Shown: positions 45,816 through 60,249 of the stretch, piece by piece
How the letters are laid out: every line of letters starts with the position of its first letter
Position numbering within the stretch: position 1 is the stretch's first letter
Source of the DNA: the human T2T-CHM13v2.0 reference genome, Homo sapiens
NCBI RefSeq assembly: GCF_009914755.1
Contig: NC_060947.1
Reading direction: 5' to 3' (one strand)
DNA: 64,000 nucleotides
Translations under genes and position numbers: made by a program
The notes under the pieces: model-generated
Seen by the model: the letters and a program-made list of their open reading frames with translations, nothing else
What the model was told of the DNA's origin: nothing
Databases searched by the model: none

Positions 45816-48800
45816 TAGTACTGTATTTGGCCCACAGGCCTTAGTAAGCATGTAAGGCCCATATTCCCGTGGCCTGCAAGTATCAAGAATTTAATGCCTG
45901 AAATGGCAAGCCTCCACCGAGGAGGATAACACCCCGACTTCCTTGACCCCTAGCAGACAATTCTGTGATTCCTCCTACCCAGTTTCTCAGAAGGCTCGCA
46001 AAAGGACTGAACCCCAGTTGCCTGCCGTAGTACACCATTCATTGATGTACTTTTTCTTGTTTTGCTTCCCTCCTGCCCTGTCTCACTTTCCCCTCACTCG
46101 AATAATATACCTGTTCTCAAGTTCATATGTCAGGGGCTTCTTTAGAGAAAACCTGAATTAAGACAGCTTTCTTTGATATCTCTGTGTCAATGTGACTTCA
46201 AGATGAAAAGTATTTTGGTTTGATAATGCCCTGACGATCTCCCTTGTGGTAGGGCCTGATAAATCTAAGATTTAGACAAATAATAGCTAGGTGGGTGATG
46301 TCTCTGTTCATAGCCTAATTCCATTGTCTTTTCAGTACAAATTTATACAGATGAAATTTTAATGAGCAGTTTAAATTTATCACATGAAGAATAGAACATT
46401 TCTGCAGTATGAAAAGCAGGTGGTATAATTGCATCTACTTTATTTATTTTCATGTTGGTTAATTCTCACAGAAAAGTATAAGGGTCTGTCTAAATTATAT
46501 AAAATTTTAGTGTATTGCATATTGCTAGAAATTATCGAAATGCTGACAAACTAGAAATGCATGAAATAGAGCTTAAACCTACCAGAAGAGTCTACTCACT
46601 GAGAATCATGGTGTACATTTAGGCATCCCTTTGCTGCACTTATCTTTATGTATCACTTTAGATAAATGGGATCACACTATGCTTGCTGTTCTGTATCCTG
46701 ATCTTTCCAATTAACCATCTTTCTATTTCATATAGAGGATTGCACCGTTCCCTTTAAGGTGTGCATGATATGGATATACCATGGTTGACTGTGCTTTGAT
46801 GGAGAGATCTCTCCCTTCTTCTCTCTGCCTTTTCTCTTCCCCATACTTTCCTCTTAAGCTCACCCACCACCCCACGACCCCAGCCCCCGTTCCTTTCTCA
46901 CCCTTGCAAACAAACCTCTCTCTCTCTCCACCCCGACCCCTGTGTCCTCTTCATACCCCTCTGTTTCTCTTTTTGTCCTTCTCCCCCATCACTCCTTCAC
47001 AGGTATGAGCCTCCCCTCACTCTCCCCTTGCCAAGCTCCCCCACACCACCACCTTGTTCTTATAATATAAACGAGGCAGAGGTTATTAATAATTTCATGT
47101 CCGTATCTTTGTTTCATCATCTAATTATTTTCTTAGGTTAAATCCTGCTGGTTGGAGTTGCAGGGTCAAAGGCTGTAGATGTTTAAAGTGTAGCTATATG
47201 TTGCCAAAGGGTGAGGTGGAACACCTGTCAACTTGCTCCATCATCAACACTGTCTGAAAGTGTTTCCTCACAATCTTGCCAACACTGCTTCATGTTCATC
47301 TTTTTAATCATTACCTGTGTAATAGGCAGTTTCATGTCCCTGATTCCTAGTGAGGCTGAGAATCTTTTTGTATTGTTATTGGCCATAAATATTCCTTCTC
47401 TTATGATTTGCCTGCTCAGAAGGCTTGGCCAGCTTCTGTTGCTACATCTCTCTTTGCCTAACCACGGGGACCACTTCTTTCTTCTTCATTTTGCCTACGT
47501 TCTGGACCTCCCTCCTGTCAGGCACTTGGGAATGTGAGGGTGGCCATGGGGAAGCCTACCTCACCTGCTGCTGTGCTGTTCCTTGTCCCTCCAGCCCCGC
47601 CCCCCATATCCCCTCCTTCTGCCAACTTTATCACTTAAGACAGACTGCCTGGGTCACCCTGTTTATGACAATAGAAGAATAAGGAAAGGTAAAGAAAAGA
47701 GGGGAAAATAATGTGAGATGAAGCAAGATGTGGACTTGAGTTGAAAGGGAAAGATAAAATGAAGCCCTTGTTTAATAAAATGAGACTCAGGATTGTGAAA
47801 AGCAGTGATTGAAGCTAAGGTGCTGATACAGAGTGGCTTAAAGTGGAGTGATAGTGTGGAAAGGAAATAGGATGGAGAGAAGATGCAAAGAAAAATGAAA
47901 GGAAAATGAAGGGAAAGATGGGATGGTTGTTACATAGGAGTGATGATGTTTATCCAAAGGAATAAGCAGGAAATAGAATAAAAAATTGTAGAACCAATGG
48001 AAGGAGAGTCCACAGACTCTTGGTGTAGGATTCAAGCAGCATTTAAAGGAATAGCTTAGAAGTAGGTGGCATTAATGCCTTTACATTTATGAAAATAGGT
48101 AACATGATATGGGGAAAAAGAACAAAGGGCTGATTTAGAATGTAAATCTATAAAAATGAATAAGGCCAACTTTGGAAATATAGAACAGTTGGCTTCAACT
48201 TTGGTGTCTGTAAAGAGAGTGTGAATGTGTGATTTATAGTAGCCTAGATGATTCCAGGGCTCTCTAGGTACTGGCATCAGACCCGAGGCATGTGTTTTCA
48301 TAAGGAGAAGCGGATACACTATGATCGCTGTGTGTAACAGGGAGATCACCATTTGTAATAGCTGACCCAGTTCTTGGAGCCATTGCCTCACAGTCCCACA
48401 CAGCTGCTGTGTTTGAGAGATAGCAAAAATGTGCAAGAAAGTCTAAGTCAGTGACAATGCAAGTATGCAAAACCTAGAGGCAGTCAGACCTGGAATTTGC
48501 TCAGTGATGTTTGGATTTTATGTCTCTATATTTATAGCTATGAAACATCTTTTATTACTGAGATTCCTGTAAGAAAAATCACACTAAGCTGGTACCTAAC
48601 CTCCTTTTCCTCAATGAAACAGTTATTTTCATGAGGTAATTTTTTTTTCATAAAAAGGGGTTTCTTCTGTCCACGGAGTCAGTAAGAACTACCCCTCTCT
48701 TCTACTCTTGATTCAGACCTGCCTCTTCTCAAAGCCATGCCTGAGGTTTGTAGCCTGAGGTTTCCATGGTGACAGTAAAAAGCCTTAGCTCTGCCTTGTT

Positions 48801-49688
48801 CCAGTCATTGAGCATCTGCCTGGCAGAAGGGGCAGAGATGGTGTGGAGGAGACATAGCCATTCCTTTAAAGTTTCAGACCGGGCATTTTCATCATTTCCA
48901 CTCAAATCTAGCTGGGGGACCTAGGCCCATGGATAGACCTAGTTGCCAGGCAGCTGGGAAATGTAGTCCTTGGCAGGGCAGCCATTTCCCAGAAATACGT
49001 TTCTTACTGCAAAAAAGGAGAAGGGGATGTTGATGGTCAGTTGTTTTTTTTTAAAACCACATCCCATATGGCCAAATACATTGAGATTCACACATTAAAA
49101 CCATTGTGATGGCTGAACAGAACACATCCAGGGCTAGTGTCTGTCCATGGGTAGCTAATTTCCTATCTCTGCTTTAGATATACTGATAATAACAACTCAT
49201 TCCATGGTTAAGAGACTATGGTACATCCATCCTATGGAATTGTATGAAGCTGTTAAAAAGAACAGGCACGTATACTACATGGAGAGCTATCTCGGATAAA
49301 TTAAGTGACAAAAGTATGATGCAGAATGTGTATGTTTATAAATGTGTAGACAATTTCAGGATGATGCTAAAGAAACTGGTAATGATAGTTGCTTCTGGGC
49401 AAGGGGAACAGTATGACTGAGGACAGGACTGGGAAACAAGCTTACTTTCTGTTGAATGCCTATTTGTATCTTTTTAATTTTGGCTCATGTACAGATGTCA
49501 CCTATTATAAAAAATTTGCTTTTCACTCTTTAGCTGCAATGATGGTATCTGAAAGTACCAGAGATGTCTTTCCTGCCTGAGGTTACCTATCTCAATCTTC
49601 CCTACGATTCTGTATTCAGGGTATCTTTATGACCATCTGCTACCACCTCCTGGAATGCAGCTGAAATGACAGAAGTGTTCCGAGCACT

Positions 49689-49993
49689 TTTTTTTTTTTT
49701 TTTTTTTTTTGAGATGAAGTCTCGTTCTGTCACCCAGGCTGGAGTGCAGTGGCGTGATCTCAGCTCACTGCAAGCTCCGTCTCCCGGGTTCATGCCCATT
49801 CTCCTGCCTCGGCCTCCCAAATAGCTGGGGACTACAGGCACCTGCCACCACGCCCTGCTAATTTTTTGTATTTTTAGTAGAGACGGGGTTTCACCGTGTT
49901 AGCCAGGATGGTCTCAATCTCCTGACCTCATGATCCACCCGCCTCAGCCTCCCAAAGTGCTGGGATTACAGGCATGAGCCACTGCGCCCAGCC
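49689..49993 (-). mobile_element. AluY
   Basis: TSD ccgagcact at 49680-49688 and 49994-50002. Confidence 0.94.
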
Positions 49994-50499
49994 CCGAGCA
50001 CTCTTTTAAGCTCTGATGCGTTCTTCAGATTCCATTTCAGTGCCTTTCCAACACTGAGGAGTAGTTCTGGAGGACCTCCCAAAGATTACATTGTGAGATG
50101 TATAGTTGGGTAAAACGTCATGGTAAGGGCTCTGTCTTAACTTGGAAGTGGCTGTGTTTATTGAGTGGCGAATTGAGAAGTCTTTCCTCGGTTTTCTATA
50201 AATGAATATTTGTTTCTGTAACTTAAGAAGTAGGTAAACTCCTTGGGAGTAAGAGATGTTCCTAATACCAAACTTACCTTTCAGGTTCTCTAAAAGATGA
50301 ATTTGGCCACAAAAGCAGCTCTGACCTTATATATTTCCTTACTGTATTTTTCCTGTGAGTGCTACTTGTTTCTTTTAAAATCTGGTAGGACTATGGGATT
50401 CCTGACCCACCCCAAACCTTTGGGCCCACAGTGCACAGCTATCCAAGGGTTCAATTTGGCAGTCTGGGCAGTTTTTTTGTTTTGTTTTGTTTTTTTGTT

Positions 50500-52240
50500 T
50501 TTTTTAAATGAAAGCGTTATTGAGATGTAACCCATATACTATAAAATTCACCTTTTTAAAGTGCACAATTCAGTGATATTTAGTATATTCATAGTGTTAT
50601 ATATAACTATCAGCACTATGTAATTTCAGAATATTTTCATCCCCCCCAAAAGAAACCCCATACCTATTAGCAATCATTCCCATTCCCCCCTTTTCTTCCT
50701 CTATCCCTTGGCAACCACTAACTTACTTTCTGTTTCTATGGATTTGCCCATTCCGGAATTCTGTATTAATAGAATCATATAATATGTGGTCTTTTGTGAC
50801 TGGCTTCATTCACTTAGTATAATGTTCTCAAGGTTCATCCATGTTGTAGCATGAATCAATACTTCATTCCTTTTATGGCTGAATAATCTTTCATTGTATG
50901 GATAAACCACATTTTGGATATTTGGGTTGTTTCCACTTTTTGACTATTGTGAATAACTCTGCTATAGACATTCATGTCCAAGTTTTTGTGTAAACATATT
51001 TTTTCTTTCTCTTGAGTATATAGGTAGGGCTGGAATTTCTGGTTCATATGGTAACTAACTCTATGTTGAACATTTTGAGGAGCTATTGAAGTATTTTCCA
51101 GAGCAGCCAAACCAATTTATTTCATTAGCAATTTATGAGGATTCCAATTGTGTTTCTTCACGTCCTCAAAACACTTGTTATTGCCTTTTTAATTTTAGCC
51201 ATCCTAGTGGGCATGAAGTGGTATTGTGATTTTGATTTGCATTTTCTAATGGCTAATGATGTTATACATCTTTTCATGTACTTATTGGTCATATTTATGT
51301 TGTCTTTGGAGAATGTTCAGAATCTTTGCTCATTTAAAAATTGGGTTGTCTTTTTATTGTTGATTTGTAAATGTTCTTTATATATTTTGCATAAAAGTTC
51401 CTTTACAGATATTTGATTTACAAATATTTTCCTTCGTTCTGTGGGTTGTCCTTTCATCTTTTTGATGGTGTCCTTTGAATCATAAAAGATTTTAATTTTG
51501 ATGAGGTCTAATTTATGTATTTTGTTGCTTGTGCTTTTGCTGTCATATCTAAAAAACCATTGCTTAACTCAAGGTCACAAACACTCCTCTTTTCTTCTAA
51601 AAGTCTTATAGTTTTAGGTCTTACATTTACGTCTTCGTTCTGTTTTGAGTTAATTTTTTTATATGGCATGAGTTAGGAGTCCAAATTCATTTTTCTGCAT
51701 GTGGATATACAGTTGTCCCAGTACCATTTGTTGAAAAGACTATTAATTATCCATTTAATTTTCTTGGCACCTTTGTTGAAAATCAATTAACCATAAACAT
51801 AAGGATTTATTTCTGGACTCTCAGTTCTGTTCTGTTGGTCTATAGGTCTATCCTTATGCCAGTACCACAGTGTCTTGATAATTGTAGATTTATAGTAAGT
51901 TTTGAAATTGCGAAGCGTGAGTCCTCCTGCTTTATTCTTTTTCAGGATTGTTTTGGTTATTCTGAGTCCCTTGCATTTCCACATGAAATTTATGATCAGC
52001 TTGTCAATTTCTGTAAAAACAAAAAAGCCAGCTGGGATTTTGGTATGGCTTGCATTGAATTTGTATATCAGTTTGGTTAGTATTGCGGTTTTAATAACAT
52101 TAAGTTGTCCAATGCATGAACACAGGATGTTTTTCCATTTATTTAGATCTTTAAGTGTCTTTCAACAATGTTTCAGTATACAAGTCTTGCATTTCTTTTG
52201 TTAAATGTATTCCTAAAAGTTTTATTCTTTTTGATATACA
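50500..52240 (-). mobile_element. L1MB-type 3' portion
   Basis: ORFs 50856..51110 and 51787..51984 resemble decayed ORF2 ([16 protein letters not shown]). Confidence 0.85.
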
Positions 52241-53045
52241 TTATACATTATTTCTTGGAGATATCCATGTCAGTACTGATAATTTTGTATTTCTTTTATA
52301 TATCATCTATATGCTGGCTGCTCTGTTAAAAACCGTATTATGAAAAATTTCAAATTTATGCAAAAGTTGAGAACCTCCACCCCCATATTATTTTGAAGCA
52401 AATCCCAAATATCATATAATTGTATATATAAACTCTTTGTATATCTCTCTAAGAGATAAGGTCTTAAAATACTTGAGCACAATACCTTTGTCATACATAA
52501 CAAAATTAACAATAATTCTTTAATATCATTTAATATTTGGCCAGTGTTCCTATTTCCTGAATTGTCTCAAGTTTGTCTTTTTATACTAGTTTGTTCCATT
52601 CAGAATTCAATCGAGGGCTACATGCACATTGCACTTGTTTTGGCATATTTTAAGTCTCTTAACTGATAGGTTCTTCTCTCAGTCTTTTTTTTCCTCTTTG
52701 CTTTTCATTTATTCATAAAAAGTCATCTACCTTGTAGACTTTTTCACATTCTGTATTTTGCTGATTGTTTGTTCTTCCATCCCATGTATTTCCTATAAAC
52801 TAATAGGTAGGTCTAGGCTTGATTAGAGTTAGTTTAGATTTTTGACAAGAATACTACCTAAAGATGCTGTGTACTTCTTACTGCACCACATTAAGAGATC
52901 TCTAGTGTCTAATGCCTTTATTTTTGTGGTGTTTGATTGATTAATGGGTTTACGTAGTATTGGCCTGATCCATGTGTTATGATAAAGATCCCAGCGACCT
53001 TTCAAATAATGGTTTTATCAGCTATTGATCATCATTGCCTACATC

Positions 53046-53219
53046 CAGTGGTGTGTCAGTGAATGTTTAACAACCGGCCACTTGCCAATTTTTATGGTGT
53101 AAACACTCCTGCCATGGCTAATTTCATTCCTACTGATGTGTTACTGAATGTGGAGTTTGGAACAGATGCACACAGTTGGCTCTCACAAGCTGGCATGAGC
53201 TTTTTCCAGCAAACCACTG
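53046..53219. mobile_element. hAT-family MITE (MER63-like) inserted in an old L1M fragment
   Basis: Inverted ends cagtggtgtg...aaaccactg; degenerate 8-bp TSD cctacatc/cttagatc. Confidence 0.7.
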
Positions 53220-54262
53220 CTTAGATCCATTATTTCATTGGTAGTTGCAAAATGGCGATACTCTATTTTTTCTACCTTTATTAATTGGGACTATGGTTTA
53301 TTTAAGCATTTTCCTATTGTTGGACATTTAATTTGTGACTATTATGAAGCTTGTGAGCTGAAGGAGATCATAAAACATAATTCTCAGTACATCAGTAAAT
53401 TCTTTATATACATCTGAATTTATAGAATTGTATGAAAACTGAAATAGACTTCAGTAATGGTGACCAGAAAAGTGTCTTATTCAACCAGTATTTAATGAGC
53501 ATTTACTGGGTACTTGGCACTTTGGAGGATCCCAAGAGGGATATGGATATGCCCCCAAACTCTGCTAATCAATGTCACAGTTGTGTGTGATTGTTAGAAG
53601 GGTTTAGAGTTTGGGTGGTTGCTAACTAGAATGATCAGTGGATTTGTGGGCAGGGGGTGCACAGGGCTGGTGAGCTAAACTTTGAAGGATATGACTTTTC
53701 AGTCAAATCCTATTCTTTTTTGACATCTGTCTTGATTTACTTCTTATGACTAGTTTCCTGGGTGTCTACTATAGTAGCCTCAAATCTGGCTTGCTTGCTT
53801 TGTTCTTTCCTTCATAAAGCAACAGGATTAATTTTCTGCAGCACACCTATGATCACTTCCCTACTCAAAACTCTTCAGGACCTACTATGTAATCACCAAA
53901 TTTCTGGTGGAACTGAACCCGAAGCCATGTGATTATATTAGCTCAGTAAGGGACACAGTACTGTGGCCTGGAGTGCCTGGGGAGGAGTGTATTACAGGAA
54001 GGAAGTAGAGACTAGAAGATTCAAGTTGGCTGGCTGGCCAAGAAAAATGGAGACTGGTGGAGAAGGAGTTTGTAGACGGTGTCTTTGGGAAGTCTTAGGA
54101 GAACATCCCATTAGGGTGGTAGGGTTAAGCCAGATTGCAAAAGATTGTGGCATAAGCAAGGAACTTTGGTGTGGAGAAGTTGTCATCACAAAGTCATTTT
54201 GAAATGTCGAAGGTTTAGCAGTTGTTCTGACTGTATGTCACATTTTAAAAAATAATGGTAGT

Positions 54263-54534
54263 GGCCAGGTGCAGTGGCTCATGCCTGTAATCTCAGCACC
54301 CTGGGAGGCCGAGGTGGGTGGATCACCTGAGGTCAGGGGTTCAAAACCAGCCTGGCCAACATGGAGAAACCCCATCTCTACTAAAAATACAAAAATTAGC
54401 CAGGCGTGGTGATGTGTGCCTCTAATCCCAGCTATTCGGGAGGCTTAGGCTTGAGCCTGGGAGGTGGAGGTTTCAGTGAGCCGAGATCGTGCCACTGCAC
54501 TGCAGCCTGGGCAAGGACAGAGTGAGACTCTGTC
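54263..54534 (+). mobile_element. AluS whose tail is a GATA array
   Basis: Sense dimer ending gactctgtc directly into GATA repeats. Confidence 0.92.
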
Positions 54535-54591
<57 letters not shown>

Positions 54592-54614
54592 AGATACATA
54601 AGATAGATAGATAG
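54535..54614. repeat. (GATA)14 STR plus degenerate extension
   Basis: Perfect array 54535-54590. Confidence 0.97.
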
Positions 54615-55193
54615 AGGTAGAAGAGAGCCAGTTCCAAGATGATAGACTGTTTTTATAGATTGCCTTCCTCCTAACACACATTTGTATTCTCTCTCTCTCC
54701 CCCACCGCATTATTCAGCGCTAATGAAAGTGTGATGGAAACAGCTGCTAGTGAATGAATACTAACTAATCCTGAAAAAAAGATGTGTACTTCTTGAAATT
54801 TTAGTTTGATTTACCTGAAAACATATACAGAAACACAACTAGTGATTTCAACCAACCCTAGAGTTTTAATAGTAAAATGCTTAGGAGGAATGCATTTGTG
54901 TAAATGTAATATGAGAGAGGAAACCAGACACCCATCTTTGACCAAGATTGAATCTCATGCATTTTTGTCACTTAAGTCTGCCCATGTCTCCATCCAGGAC
55001 CTAGTTAACCCTTATTGCGTATCCTATGGTACAGGAAAAATGAGTTATTAGTAAACATGGATAAATTTTAGAATCATGAAGTGTCAATGCTAAAAGAGAA
55101 CTTGAATGTCATCTTGGCCAACTCTCACATATTACCAACAAGGAGACTAAGATCCAGGCAATATAATGGCTTTGTTCTCCATCAGAATCTTTC

Positions 55194-55492
55194 TTTCCTT
55201 TTTTTTTTTTTTTTTTAAGATGGAGTCTCTCTCTGTTGCCCAGGCTGGAGTGCAGTGGCGTGGTCTCGGCTCACTGCAAGCTCTGCAGGTTCACGCTGTT
55301 CTCCTGCCTCAGCCTCCCGAGTAGCTGGGACTACAGGTGCCCACCACCACGCCTGGCTAATTTTTTGTATTTTTAGTAGAGACGGGGTTTCACCATGTTA
55401 GCTAGGATGGTCTCAATCTCCTGACCTCGTGATCCACCTGCCTCGGCCTCCCAAAATGCTTGGATTACAGGTGTGAGCCACCACATCCTGCC
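55194..55492 (-). mobile_element. AluY-like
   Basis: TSD cagaatctttc at 55183-55193 and 55493-55503. Confidence 0.93.
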
Positions 55493-55984
55493 CAGAATCT
55501 TTCGAAGTTGGGAAATCTTTGTTTAGATCTTTGTTGCAGCAGATTTGGTATCAAAGAAAGCTATCTACATTAAATTAATTTGGAGGGCACACCCTACTAC
55601 TTTTCTACGGGCAATAACACTAATTAATATCTAAAGTTAAAGGATGTATTAAAGAATGAATATGGTAACCTTTGCAAGGCACTCTTCAATGTGTTTTTTT
55701 CTGTGTTTCCTTCTATGTGATTTAAAATGTTAGTAGATTTCTCTGAGGTACTTCAGGGAGATAGGAAAGGAGCTTTTGCCCTCATAGATACTTGGAAATA
55801 ATATATCTATTTTCTTTTTTTAATTTCAAAAATGAAATTATTATTAAAAGCTCTAAATATAGCAAGAATATAAGACAAATAGTATACTGAACATCCAGCT
55901 TCAACAATTAATCAACTGTGTCCCATCTTGTTTCATATCTGTCTTCCCCCACATTATTAATTATACTTTTTTCTACCCTTAGCT

Positions 55985-57720
55985 TAAAAAAAACTTTATT
56001 GAGGTATATAGATCATAAAGTTTATCCATTTTAAGTGTAAAATTTAATGATTTCTAGTAAATTTATCAAATAGTGCAACTTTCACCATAATCCAGTTTTA
56101 GGTCATTTTCAGCACTCCAATAATACTGCACATACCTGTTTACAGTTAATCCCCATGCCCAGCCCCAGGCAACCACTAACCTATTTTGTGTTTCTGCAGA
56201 TTTTCCTTTTCTGAACATTTCATATAACCGAATATACAATATGAGGTCTTTTCTGTCTGACTTTGTTTACTTAGCATGATGTTTTTGAGGTTCATTCATG
56301 TTGTATCATGTATCAGTACTTAATTCCTTTTTATTGCTGAATAGTATTCCATTATATAGCTATATCACATTTTGTTTATCCAGTCTTCAGTTTGACAGAC
56401 ATTTGAGTTGTTTCTGCTTTTTGTCTGTTATGAATAATGCTGCCATTAATATTTGAATACAAGTCTTTGTGTGAACATATGTTTCATTTCTCTTAGCTAG
56501 ATATATAGGGGTGGAATTGCTGGGTATGTGGTAAATTTATGTTTAACTTTTTAAGAAATGGACAAATTGTTTTCTAAAGTATCTGCACCATTTTACATTC
56601 ACATCAGAAATGTATGAGGGTTACTATTTCTTTATATCCTCACCCACACTTATTATTATCTTTTTGATTATCCTACATCCTAGTGTGTGTGAAGTGATAT
56701 CTCACTGTGGTTTTGATTTGTATTCCCCTGATGATTAATGATGTTGAGCATCTTTTCATGTGCTTATTAGTTATTCCTGTATTTTATTTGATGAGATATT
56801 GTGTTAGTCTGTTTTCACGCTGCTGATAAAGACATACCCAAAACTGGGCAATTTACAAAAGAAAGGTTTAGTTGGACTTACAGTTCCACGTGGCCGGGGA
56901 AGCCTCACAATCATGGCAGAAGGCTAAAGGCATGTCTCACATGGTGGCAGACAGGAGAAGAGAGCTTGTACAGGGAAATTCCCATTTTTAAAACCATCAG
57001 ATCTTGTGAGACCCATTCACTATCACGAGAACACCATGGGAAAGACCTGCCCCCATGGTTCAATCATCTCCCACTGGGTCCTTCCCACAACACATGGGAA
57101 TTATGGGAGATACAAGATGAGATTTGGGTGGGGACACAGAGCCAAACCATGTCAGATGTCTACTCAAATCATGCTCATTAAAAAATTGGGTGTTTGTCTT
57201 ATTGTTGAGTTGTATATTCTGTAATTCTTTATATATTCTGGATACAAATCCTTTATCGGATAGATGATTTGCAAATATTTTCCACAGTCTGTGACTTGTC
57301 TTTTTGTTTTCTTAATGATATGTTTTGAAGTACAGAAGTTTTGAGTTTTGACAAAGTGTAATGTTAAATTTTTTCCTTTTGGATTGTGCTTTTGATGTCA
57401 TATCTGAGAAGTCTGCCTAACCCAAGGTCTTGAAGATTTTTTCTTGTTGTAAAATTTTTATAGTTTTAGCTCTTACATTAAGATCTTGAATCCATTTTGA
57501 TTTAATTTTTGTATAAGGTGTGAGGTAAGGATCTAAGTTAATCTCTTCGTATATGAATATCCAGTTATCCCAGCACTATTTGTCAAAAAATACTCTCCTT
57601 TTCCTGTTGCCTTGGCACCTTTGTTGAGAATCACTTGTCTGTTAAATATAAGGGCTTATTTTTGGACACTGCATTCTGTTCTGTTGATTTATATGTTTAT
57701 TTTTATGCTAGCACTATACT
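55985..57720 (-). mobile_element. L1MB-type 3' portion interrupted by a THE1 LTR
   Basis: Antisense L1M terminus (ctttattgaggtata...) with colinear L1 sequence resuming after 57154. Confidence 0.85.
56800..57154 (-). mobile_element. THE1 (A/B-like) MaLR solo LTR
   Basis: TG...CA termini; gctgctgataaagacataccc and gagatttgggtggggacacagagccaaaccat; 5-bp TSD gatat/gatgt. Confidence 0.92.
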
Positions 57721-59775
57721 GAATGTTTTTTAACACAGGGGAGTCATACATAATCTTGCAAAGAGGTAATCCCACGACTCAGAAGTCTTTAAGTATTTGC
57801 TACAATGGCATATTTTTTAGATAGTATATAGTAGCTTATTTACTTCATTTGTGGTTTGTAGCATGTTCAGAAGGATCCTTTGAGCTCCTTGAGGTTGCAG
57901 TACTTCTTTGCTTTGAAGCCTTCTGTCATGTTTATTCCCTGAATGTAGAATACCCTCTGTCTAGCTGTTTATCCTCCATCTCTGCATTTTTCTGCTCTAC
58001 CTGCCCTGTAGGTTCAAAATGTGGTACTGATTACTGCTCGATAGTAGCCTTGTGTCCTTGGCAAGGTCATTTTATTTCTCCAGGTCTTAATTTTCTCATC
58101 TGTAAAGTGAAAGAATCAGATTTTATCTCACTACTTTTCTAAACTCTGTCGTTAATATTTTCCTTGTTGAACAGTTACAAGGATGTGTAAGTTAATCTCT
58201 TTTAACTGGTGAAAAAGTATATTCTGTTCCATAGAGAATTAAATGAGCTTGTATTTCGGGGGGTGGTGTGTGGTCATCAGGGGATAGAGGCAGGTATTTC
58301 TGGAAAGGTGTTCTTGGCAAACATTTTGTTACATACACTGGTGTATATGACATACATGTCCATCACTGTATGCTGGGTGATCAAGAGATATGTATAAGGT
58401 CATACATGCTTTTATGATTAGAAAGGAGAGAAAGAATGAACAATTTCTGTTACAAAGAAATAGCCATTTTTATGAACTTGCCAAGAAGAGGAATGGTCCT
58501 TACTGATGAAATCCTTAAAGCTTTGCATGTGGCTCTTTACTTGATTGATATTTAAAAGTATAGGTCCCACTGGGAGGCTCCTTTCAACATTTTCCATTCC
58601 TTGAGTGTTTTTCCCCCCTTTGGTATTCGAATGCTTTTATTTTCTTCACATAAAATATTCCTAGTTAGGGGGGATGGGAGCCCCTTTCCACAGCTGAAGT
58701 TATTCCAAGTTTTGTTCCCCCTGAAGAATCGGCTCTCTGTTCCTGAAGCTTTCAATGGCCACATCTGCTGCTTTATTTCCACTCAATAAGTTGGAATATA
58801 TTTTCATTTAGTTATTGATTAGGGGCTATGTAAAAATCTGAAGGAAATTAGTAAATAGTAATGTTTATGAATAACATTTTACCTAGAAATTTCTAAGCGT
58901 AATGAAATAAGAGGATAAAAATTGTTAGAGGTTGGAGTTTTGGATGAAGGTACCAGGAAGCAGAGATCCAATAAATCAGTATCAGAATCTGCATGTCTTT
59001 CAATAAACTTAAGAAATTGTTTTAAACACTAGGAATTATTAGTCTGTCTTCTGAATTTAGGATTAAATGACAGTTTCTTTTCCTGAAGTTTTTAATGTGG
59101 TTTTCAGGATTGGGGTATTTATTATTTTCCTTTGGATTACACTTATAAAAATTTTTGGCTGGACAAAGCCTTGCTGATACCTAGTATCCCACTTTATTAA
59201 CTATAACACTTGACGAATAAACCTGCAATTGCTTGACGAATATGGTCACTTTTTAAAGTATGTGGGAACAACATTCTTCTCTCGTCTTCTTGCCTTCTTT
59301 TCCCTCCCAGGAAAGCAGTTGTTACTATTAACAAGTATATTGTCATCTTTTGCAACTGCACACTAGATTATTCAGCTATTTTTTTTCTTTTTTTTTTCCT
59401 TTGCCTTCCACCATGCGATCAAAGTATTTTTTAAATTTCACTTTGCATGAAGGTGTACTTTTTCTTTTGACTGATTAGGGCATACTGGATAAAATATTTG
59501 GATCCAATTTTAAGTCAAGAGCAGACTGAAAATATTGTAAGAGAAGATTTTTAAAATTAAATTTAATTCCAATTTTCAACCACTGTGTGAGTACCTACTA
59601 AACATAAGGCAGTGTGTTTAGGTGCTGTGGGAGACAAAAAGATGAATTAGACAGAATTGATAGAATGTAGCTAGATTAATATCTCCCACCATTAAAGGAA
59701 AGGAACACAGAATTATAAATGCAAGGAAGAGATTTTTCAGCAGCAACCGAACAAGGAAAAATGCATGAGTTAATG

Positions 59776-59776
<1 letters not shown>

Positions 59777-59830
<54 letters not shown>
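59777..59830. repeat. (TA)27 microsatellite followed by T9
   Basis: Read directly. Confidence 0.97.
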
Positions 59831-59839
<9 letters not shown>

Positions 59840-60249
59840 GGAAAGAGTGGCAACTGAGGGAAACCTGAGGCTTTGGGTGCACTTCTGACTCTGCCTGCTT
59901 CCTTGCAGAAGCTGTGTGTGTGAGTAGGCAAATCTTGAGAGTTCTCATCGAGACCCTAGGTCTAGAGCAAAGTGAAATGAATGAGTACTCGTAATTTTCC
60001 TTTTTCTTGACTAAGTGGAAATGACTTCAGGAAAGAGAGTTGGAAAAGTAAATAATCATAGCTGATATCCTGATATTGTAGAGGGGAAGGCCCAGAGCTT
60101 CATGCTGAACTGGGGACAAACTGAAGTCTGAGAAGTTCCTCCAAGGCCATTGATAGAACTCCAAGACTTAGGAGAATGCACTCTGCTGCAGGGTTTTAAA
60201 ATGTTGATTATTTTGGTATTTCCTTCGTAATTCTAAATAGCATATTTGT

